Assembly: GCA_009859145.1 (NCBI GenBank)
Contig: VRVR01000063.1
Span: 131,563-137,141, forward strand
Reading direction: 5' to 3'
Length of the DNA: 5,579 nucleotides
From: Andalucia godoyi And28
Taxonomy: Eukaryota; Protista; Jakobida
A program made the position numbers and the translations under genes. The notes beneath the pieces were generated by a model. That model made no database searches, was not told the DNA's origin, and was given only the letters and a program-made list of their open reading frames with translations. This document shows positions 1 through 5,579 of this stretch, piece by piece (the first letter of the stretch is position 1; each line of letters opens with the position of its first letter).

Positions 1-1802
1 TGGGCCATCAGCACTGCTCGCTGCACAGTATCAGAACTGGAGGCGATGTTGTCGGAGGAGTCGTCGTCGTCGGAACTGAACTGGCACCACTGGCGCAAGA
101 GATACGAGGACAGTTCCAAGTCCCAAACGCCGTGGCATAGCCGAGCGGCTTCACGGACAACCAGCGAAATTCGGTGCAGCGGCTCTCCGCGGATCTCATT
201 CACGTGTTTTCTGCTTCCAAGAATGTGGAATCCAAACGCAAGAAGAACATCCGGAGAATCGGGGAACTTCTGAACGAGGGACGAATGCAGAAAGTCTACA
301 TATTTGACTAAACCGTCAACCATGCACAGGTTCTCCACTTCCGCCAGATCCGCCGATTCACTCTCGTGAGACGACGCCACAGACAGTTCTGAGTGAATTC
401 GCCGAGGAGCTCCAGAGCGAGGTGTCCTCAGCGAAGCAGACATCTCTGCTGGAGCCTGGGACAGTTGGTGACGAATTTGCTTTAGCTGGGGCTTCAAATA
501 AAAGCGCTCGAAAATGCTCACGTTCGAAGCCGTAAACCACGGCGATTTGCATTGCACAAGACTGAGCTGGTTGTCGTACGAGTTTCTAGTGGGCTTTCGT
601 GGGACCGCCATTTCCGGATCCTGGGAGGTGCCACCCAAGCCGTCTTGCGAGCTCAGATCATCGGCGTCGTTGGCGTCTGCAGAATCAAAGTACACAAAGT
701 AGCGGTATCCGGGAAGTGCAAACATGGATTCGCGAATCTTTCGGACGTAAACCACAGGGAATACGACACCCATGGCAAGCCCGCAGACGATCGAAATCAC
801 AAAAGCTGCAATGCACCATCCCAGGGAGTTAGTCGACGTTCCCAGGGAGGAAAAGAAGAAGAGAACACCGGAAACTGCAACGAAAGCGACAGAGGCGATT
901 CTGATTCCGTTTGCAGAAAAGCTGAAGAATGGAAGCTTTTTCATGTGGAGGTACGCCGACACGCAAGACAACACCGCAAAGGACAAGTAGATCCACGTGG
1001 AAAGGCCTCCCAACATGAATTCAAACAAAACCATGAGAAACTTGGAAACGAAAAACAGCGCCTCAATGCGACCGCTGATCAGCGACTTTCGTTGATCGAA
1101 AACAGAAAATGACCAAAACGCGGATAAGAAGAACAACAATACCGTGATCACCGCAAGAAGAGCAATGGAAGTCGCGTCCGAACTGATGCTCGTCAGGTAC
1201 GATCCAAACGACAGCGGACTGGTGATTCCCCAGCCGAAGAGCGTCAGGAAAGGAACAAACAAAACGTACATGGACACGGGGACCACAAACGCCGTGAATT
1301 TGATGAGCGCATCATTTGGGCGCATGGCACTCAGCGCCGAGCGGATGGACAAGAACACCACAAAGAAACACGCTGCATATACGATCAGCAGCAGCGAAAA
1401 GATCACAGTTAGAATGTCGGACGGCAGATACGCGATGCCAAGCGTGCGGATCACAAACAGCACGCTTGCACCGTCTTGATTGGCAGAGGTGTTCAGCAGC
1501 GGGAGCACAAATGCCAGAGTCGCCGTTTGGATTCCTTCAACGACCAAACAGGCCAACAGGAGCCAGGGGTTCAGCGAGAACCGGAGAAGGTTCGTGATCA
1601 TCCCGAAGCAAACGCTCTTCAACGTAACGTTTAACGACTGCAGATCGTCTGCGTCGTTTTCCGGTTCGAAATCTCCAACACTGTTTCCTCCTTGCGCCTC
1701 GGAAGGCTCGCGCGCAGGAAATGCATGGACAGCGCTGTGTGCAGGGGAGTGGATGGTGGGGAGTGCATCGATCATCAGCCCATTGTCTTTAGGGTCCGCC
1801 AT
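1..1802 (-). CDS. Large multi-pass membrane protein, TmcB/TmcC-like (tiny macrocysts) N-terminal region; 3'-partial, 600 codons in the window, runs off the left edge
   Basis: I read every codon in this frame from ATG 1802-1800 to 5-3 and found no stop. Translation: MADPKDNGLMIDALPTIHSP...NPWLLLACLVVEGIQTATLAFVLPLL...ILTVIFSLLLIVYAACFFVVFLSI...FTAFVVPVSMYVLFVPFLTLFGWG...IALLAVITVLLFFLSAFWSFSVFDQRKSLISGRIEALFFVSKFLMVLFEFMLGGLSTWIYLSFAVLSCVSAYLHMKKLPFFSFSANGIRIASVAFVAVSGVLFFFSS...WCIAAFVISIVCGLAMGVVFPVVYVRKIR, then a soluble region with SPWFTASNVSIFERFY and VDFLHSSLVQKFPDSPDVLLAFGFHIL. About 8-9 hydrophobic segments lie between ~1565 and ~747. SGRIE (1062-1076), LPFF..AN.IR (from 935) and FPDSP (252-266) match my recollection of TmcB-type motifs. 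ORF confidence is high; family confidence is moderate. Confidence 0.85.
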   Translation of the reverse strand, partial: MADPKDNGLMIDALPTIHSPAHSAVHAFPAREPSEAQGGNSVGDFEPENDADDLQSLNVTLKSVCFGMITNLLRFSLNPWLLLACLVVEGIQTATLAFVLPLLNTSANQDGASVLFVIRTLGIAYLPSDILTVIFSLLLIVYAACFFVVFLSIRSALSAMRPNDALIKFTAFVVPVSMYVLFVPFLTLFGWGITSPLSFGSYLTSISSDATSIALLAVITVLLFFLSAFWSFSVFDQRKSLISGRIEALFFVSKFLMVLFEFMLGGLSTWIYLSFAVLSCVSAYLHMKKLPFFSFSANGIRIASVAFVAVSGVLFFFSSLGTSTNSLGWCIAAFVISIVCGLAMGVVFPVVYVRKIRESMFALPGYRYFVYFDSADANDADDLSSQDGLGGTSQDPEMAVPRKPTRNSYDNQLSLVQCKSPWFTASNVSIFERFYLKPQLKQIRHQLSQAPAEMSASLRTPRSGAPRRIHSELSVASSHESESADLAEVENLCMVDGLVKYVDFLHSSLVQKFPDSPDVLLAFGFHILGSRKHVNEIRGEPLHRISLVVREAARLCHGVWDLELSSYLLRQWCQFSSDDDDSSDNIASSSDTVQRAVLMA

Positions 1803-2357
1803 TCAGCAATTCGAGTGGAATGTTGTTGCAGTTGCAGATGACGACGATGATGATTCTTTTTCAGAAGGGTGGATTAATGAAAAGGAAGGAAAGTAAAGAA
1901 AAAAAATCGTGGGGAGCGAGGGAAGCTGCTGAACGAGATGCAAAAGGTTGTCATTCACGCCGCATTCGTGAGCACAAGTAGCCGTGTAAGAATCGGTTAT
2001 TTCTGGCAACCCTTCGAGCTCAGACCATCTACTCTGTCGAGGAGAACGCAAGGAACAACTTCTTGTGCAAACTTGCCGCTGCATGGATGCAGCTCGGTAG
2101 CAACAAGAACGTTGTCCACCGTGGGAACGGGCGGGCTCGCCGCCGCACCCCTCTTGATGACTTGCTTCTACGGTCATCGTGGTATGCGACTGCTCGTCTA
2201 AAATCAACCTAGTTTCGAGGTCATACAACCAGTCGTCTTTTTGCATGCAAGGTAACATTTTGCCAAGTTCCGCCTCGACAGAGCAGATCGGCTGTTCGCT
2301 TCGCAAAGGACAGTAGAAACTGGTCGGAAGTATGAGATTCTTGCTGCACGTCAACAA
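1803..2357 (-). other. Upstream open frame (184 codons, TTG start; first ATG at 2258) in the same frame as the membrane-protein gene and ending directly before its ATG; coding status uncertain
   Basis: The minus strand reads ...AAT TGC TGA ATG GCG GAC..., with TGA at 1805-1803 and ATG at 1802-1800. The peptide has 12 Cys in 184 aa, crosses a pyrimidine tract (IFFLYFPSFSL) and a Ser run, and has no recognisable domain. Confidence 0.3.
1880..1906 (-). promoter_or_regulatory. Pyrimidine/T-rich tract about 80-105 nt upstream of the ATG at 1802 (promoter element or splice-acceptor tract)
   Basis: The minus strand reads TTTTTTTTCTTTACTTTCCTTCCTTTT. The first downstream AG is at 1857-1856, about 54 nt before the ATG. 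Function is inferred only. Confidence 0.35.
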
Positions 2358-2573
2358 TCAGCACTGATTCGGCGATTCATGTTTGTCTGAACTTTCAGCG
2401 CTGCCCTTTCTGAGAAATGGTGTTCGTACAGTACTTCCATACATTACCGTTTGTGAAGCTTTCTTTGTGTGATCCAACCATCTTTTGAAAACACTGCACA
2501 CGCCAAATGAGCTTCTGTTTACTGACTGAACTAAAGAAATATGAAGGAGTATATGCTACTAAAATACTGTCGT

Positions 2574-2579
2574 TTTATT
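2574..2579 (-). terminator. Candidate polyadenylation signal (AATAAA) for the 3980-2841 gene
   Basis: TTTATT on the + strand at 2574-2579, in an AT-richer stretch about 260 nt past the stop at 2841. A hexamer can occur by chance, and use of this signal in this organism is unknown. Confidence 0.25.
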
Positions 2580-2840
2580 TCTTCAGGGCGATACTGTAAG
2601 ACCTTTTAACGCGCGTGTGTGCGCAAAACAGCATACCTTCAGTGGCCGGTAAGGATGTGATTTCCCCACCAGGTTTCAGAGAGTGTCGGAACAGGTGTGC
2701 AATACAATAAAACCGTTCAAATGAGCATGTCGTGATAAGAAGGAGGCGCTTCGGTTGTGTTACACGTATCAGAGATCAAGAGTCTGCAACGGGTGCCAAC
2801 AACGATGATTGAATTCGATTCACTATCTTGGTAATATGCT

Positions 2841-3980
2841 TCATGCACTTTGAGAACCTATCAACGACTCATAATGGTTCTGAGCCCATTTCATGCTGTC
2901 CAGTAGAGATTCCACTCCGTTGGTGGATAACCGACGGTCATGTACAAGAACAGCAATTTCGGGCAAAAAACACTTCGCGCACTCCGGGAGCGTGTGAAAC
3001 ACCACAGACTGATTGGCGGTCTTCCAGAATCGGGGAATGTGACCGGAAGTCGCAGTAACATGAAAGGTTATCATCAGGAGCTGGAATGCAAAGGATTGTC
3101 TGGAGAGTTTCTGAGGAAGTTTCAAGATGGCAACTGCGTGTAGACTGTCCTCCTGGAACAGCTTCATCTGCTCGGCATCCGCACGCTCTAAAATTGTTCT
3201 TCTACATTCTGCAAATGGAAGCCTGCCTTGTTGGGACGTAAGGCCAAATTCCACACGAAGCTGCGCCTGTTTGCACACTCCCCGACGATACGCAGCTGAA
3301 GAATTCTGTTTTGCACACACGCCGACTGGATAGTAACTGACTGAAAGCGGAGGTGCCTGTTCAATCCTAGCAAGAGAAAGTAGAACGGCGTTTCTGTCTG
3401 GAACTATTTTTGGAAGCGGGTCATATGGAATGGGGAAATTTCCTCCAGCAATTGAGGAGGAATGCAAATCCATTCGTGGAATCGTGGGCAAATGGTCACT
3501 GAAGAGCGCCGGAGCATGGCCAGGACTGTTGGAGGCAGTTCGAAAAGCAGAACACTGGAGAAGTGGAATTGTTTGCGTTCGATCGACAAAATGCGTTTTC
3601 TCTCGAAATCGCTCCGCATCACTGTAAAACGCGGAGTCGCATACACTCTCACAACATGACCCAGAAACCTCGTGGCGTCCGGGGTCTTGGATTTGACAAA
3701 TATCAGATGAATTGTTTTCCCTCTTGAAAGTAAAGATCTCGACCGTCAAAGGACAAGAAATTTGGAAAGGTGAACAACCAAATGAGATTGGTAGCTGGAG
3801 CTGTGGTGGGCATTCTACGCGTTTTTGCCACGGGATAGCAAAGGTCGGCAAAGACCCAATTAAACCCAACGGCATTCTAGGACGCTTGTTTGGTGGACCA
3901 ACTGTTGCGAAGAACGACCTGTCTGACACCGTCGAATTCCAAACTTCGTCGAACTTTGGAAGCGTCCGTTTCTGCAGCAT
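2841..3980 (-). CDS. Hypothetical protein, 379 aa (MLQKRTLPKF...LIGSQSA*), possibly nuclear; beta-rich C-terminal domain
   Basis: Long uninterrupted ORF (track 2841..4049). The track start at 4049 is a TTG inside a poly-T tract; the first ATG is at 3980 in good context (GCCAAA-ATG). It contains PPNKRPR (3876-3896, monopartite NLS-like), a Pro/Ser-rich middle, and a C-terminal ~140 aa with alternating hydrophobic strands. The stop is TGA at 2843-2841. Confidence 0.75.
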   Translation of the reverse strand: MLQKRTLPKFDEVWNSTVSDRSFFATVGPPNKRPRMPLGLIGSLPTFAIPWQKRVECPPQLQLPISFGCSPFQISCPLTVEIFTFKRENNSSDICQIQDPGRHEVSGSCCESVCDSAFYSDAERFREKTHFVDRTQTIPLLQCSAFRTASNSPGHAPALFSDHLPTIPRMDLHSSSIAGGNFPIPYDPLPKIVPDRNAVLLSLARIEQAPPLSVSYYPVGVCAKQNSSAAYRRGVCKQAQLRVEFGLTSQQGRLPFAECRRTILERADAEQMKLFQEDSLHAVAILKLPQKLSRQSFAFQLLMITFHVTATSGHIPRFWKTANQSVVFHTLPECAKCFLPEIAVLVHDRRLSTNGVESLLDSMKWAQNHYESLIGSQSA

Positions 3981-4028
3981 TTTGGCGTCCGGAAATAACC
4001 AAATGTAGAAGCAGTAAAACCATAAACC

Positions 4029-4050
4029 AAAAAAAAAAAAACGAAACAAA
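4029..4050 (-). repeat. Poly(dA:dT) tract (A13 at 4029-4041 on +) within a T-rich leader 50-70 nt upstream of the ATG at 3980
   Basis: Seen directly: + strand CCAAAAAAAAAAAAACGAAACAAAA. Confidence 0.8.
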
Positions 4051-4470
4051 ATCCCTTACAGATTAGTACGAAAGACGAAAGTCCTTACTTTTTTGGCCGA
4101 CAAAACAAGCCGTCGAATGTGATGTCACGTATGGGCAGCGGAAAACAGGCTGTGCGAGCAATTAGTTGCTTGGGCCATTAAATGATTTTCGGGAAGGCAA
4201 GTGCATTTCCGCACACCTGGCATGAAGATGGAATGAGTGCTTGTAATGTAGACACGGAAATGAAATGATGACTGTTGGCGACCTACAATGGCAAGGATTT
4301 CCTTGGACAGGCACCAGCACTGCCGCCGTCTCCCTGTGCCATGTTCATTCTCGGATGTGCATTGCTGCTTTAGAAATCTCTGTTTTGGAATGGACACAGT
4401 GTGTAAAATGGTCGCAGTGTTTGATTTATGTCTCTTTCTTCCAGAACGTGCCGGATTACAATAGCCATAA

Positions 4471-5512
4471 TCAGTGTTCACAAAAAAGTTATAGTAGTGG
4501 TAGAAATCCCGATTGAGATCTTTTTTGATCATAGCACACTCCTTCATCATTGCTTCTCGAACGCGGCATGCGGTTTCATAGTCAAGAATCTGACTAGGAA
4601 GAACGACAACATCAGAAGTAGAGACAATCTTCTCTTCTGGATTCATCATGAAGAAGCAGACAATTCGGTGAATCAATCGATCCGGCGTAGTCGCGAGTGA
4701 CGACAATGATCGGTACGCTGTGATACACTCCAGGTTGTGCTGATGGCTATTCGGAAAGACAACAATATAGTCTGCGGCCGGTTCCACGGAGCCGAGACGC
4801 AAGATGCCTGCAATATTCGCCGGAGAAAGCTTGCCGAACTCCTGTGGAATACTGTACTTCAGTTCTGCTGCTTCGTCCGGAAGAAACGGTCTGCGGAACC
4901 GCAGGCGGCCGCTGAGAATGCCGTCGTCGATCTGGAGGTATGCAATGCCAGTGGACATAACGTGCTCATGAGAGAGGCCCTCTACATGCCAAACGCCTTC
5001 GTGGAACTCTGGACCACCGCCTGGCTTGCTCTCGATATCCGCAATCTTTGGATCACCTGGATGGTTCGTCCACGTAGGCTCACTGGTTTAACTTCAAGAT
5101 CATCTACGTCCTCTTCTTGGATATTCATGAAATGGGCTCACCGTGCACCCGCCGTGTTCCCAAGAACGTACTCCCACATCGGAATCAGTTTTAACAAAAT
5201 GGTTTCAAAGTGCTAGAGAATATCCTGGTCGATTTCGGCATCGATCGCCTTCAGCGGTCTTGCGAAATGCGCCCTTCTAGCGTTGCTGATCGACACATGC
5301 GTTAGCATCCACTGATACCGAGAACCTCTCCATGTGCGTGCAAACTCGTCTTGCATCGGCGAGTATTCATCACGGCTGCGGGGGAGGCGCTCGGCGTAGC
5401 CCTGCTGGTGCAATTCGAGATGGTAGTCCGCCGCAGACTGTGCATTTCGGTAACGGTTCACGGCAGTATTCATGCAGTCCAAACTCATCGGTGCTGTGTG
5501 CACAGGCCTCAT
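4471..5512 (-). pseudogene. Disrupted DUF4246-family (2OG-Fe(II) dioxygenase-like) gene: two in-frame stops and two frameshifts
   Basis: Reconstruction: MRPVHTAPMSLDCMNTAVNRYRNAQSAADYH...QDEFARTWRGSRYQWMLTHVSIS...DQDIL*(TAG 5215-5213)HFETILLKLIPMWEYVLGNTAGAR*(TGA 5140-5138)AHFMNIQEEDVDDLEVKPVSLRGRTIQVI/(frameshift ~5050)/KIADIESKPGGGPEFHEGVWHVEGLSHEHVMSTGIAYLQIDDGILSGRLRFRRPF...LGSVE...VVFPNSHQH...HRIVCFFMMNPEEKIVSTSDV...REAMMKE...YNF/(frameshift in T6, 4487-4482)/CEH*(TGA 4473-4471). The motif order DYH, YQW, LIPMWE, LRGR.IQVI.KI, WHVEG, FPN..QH, FF..NP...ST.DV, CEH* matches DUF4246 proteins as I recall them. The 5' end is approximate. Confidence 0.85.
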
Positions 5513-5579
5513 AAGCAACGCCTTCCATGCTCATACCCTCTCAACAGCGCGGACAAAAGAACACCTCCCTTTTCATCGG

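Noticed and set aside
1837-1854. (GAT/GAC)6 trinucleotide run
   Set aside because: Short imperfect microsatellite in the leader region with no sign of function.
8-1896. Track ORFs over the membrane-protein gene (e.g. 552-1112 +, 1144-1479 +, 1480-1896 +, 8-199 -, 358-552 -)
   Set aside because: They are antisense or alternate-frame shadows of the 600-codon minus-strand CDS, with no recognisable motifs.
2040-2364. VLIVDVQ ... VDNVLVA ... VLLDRVDG as an isochorismatase/nicotinamidase remnant
   Set aside because: The motifs are in different frames, the spacing is too short, and the catalytic G-x-x-x-x-x-C-V region does not match.
2706-2711. AATAAA on the + strand
   Set aside because: There is no supported + strand gene upstream for it to terminate.
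2400-2840. Intergenic region examined for tRNA, snRNA, CRISPR repeats, terminal inverted repeats and strong hairpins
   Set aside because: None were recognisable by eye; a covariance-model search (Infernal/Rfam, tRNAscan-SE) would be needed to exclude ncRNAs formally.
2828-4008. Short + strand and alternate-frame ORFs over the 379-aa gene
   Set aside because: All are under 100 aa, overlap a longer coherent CDS, and have no recognisable motifs.
3981-4049. Hydrophobic N-terminus MFRFFFFGLWFYCFYIWLF of the 402-aa track ORF as a signal peptide or TM anchor
   Set aside because: It starts at TTG and is simply the translation of the poly-T leader; the ATG at 3980 has better context.
4125-4470. C-terminal ~115 aa of the 277-aa track ORF and overlapping + ORFs (4265-4516, 4428-4700, 4737-5216, 5332-5514)
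   Set aside because: The tail is run-on past the frameshifted CEH* end; the + strand ORFs are antisense shadows or chance frames.
5100-5141. GTGAGC splice-donor-like motif overlapping the TGA at 5140-5138 (an intron could remove the stop)
   Set aside because: There is no good frame-preserving acceptor nearby; the first in-phase AG is a poor GAG context and would cut into the conserved PVSLRGR motif.
1803-5215. Stop-codon reassignment (Blastocrithidia- or ciliate-like code) to explain TGA 1803, TGA 5138 and TAG 5213
   Set aside because: About 980 codons in the two intact CDSs contain no in-frame TAA/TAG/TGA despite many Trp/Gln/Glu, TGA serves as the apparent stop at 2841 and 4471, and the DUF4246 gene also has frameshifts that recoding of stops would not fix.
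5213-5225. TTCTCTAG as a 3' splice acceptor explaining the TAG stop
   Set aside because: The nearest upstream GT is ~80 nt away and the intervening codons appear needed to keep the family spacing between YQW and IPMWE.

Overview
Eukaryotic-looking, intron-poor DNA (probably a protist; the taxon cannot be determined here) with three genes in tandem, all on the minus strand. (1) 1802-><1: a 600-codon ORF with no stop before the window edge, absent from the supplied ORF track. It encodes a multi-pass membrane protein followed by a helical cytoplasmic region, resembling the N-terminal half of TmcB/TmcC-like ('tiny macrocysts') receptor-type proteins. (2) 3980->2841: an intact 379-aa protein of unknown function with an NLS-like motif and a beta-rich C-terminal domain. 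(3) ~5512->4471: a disrupted DUF4246-family gene (2OG/Fe(II)-dioxygenase-like, WHVEG...PNSHQH) that can be rebuilt across two in-frame stops and two 1-nt frameshifts; the ORF track shows it only as two fragments. Other points: a 184-codon in-frame ORF whose TGA directly abuts the ATG of gene 1, and T-rich tracts upstream of both intact genes. No RNA genes, CRISPR arrays or mobile elements were recognised, and I see no convincing novel multi-gene system. All family assignments come from remembered motifs, not database searches.
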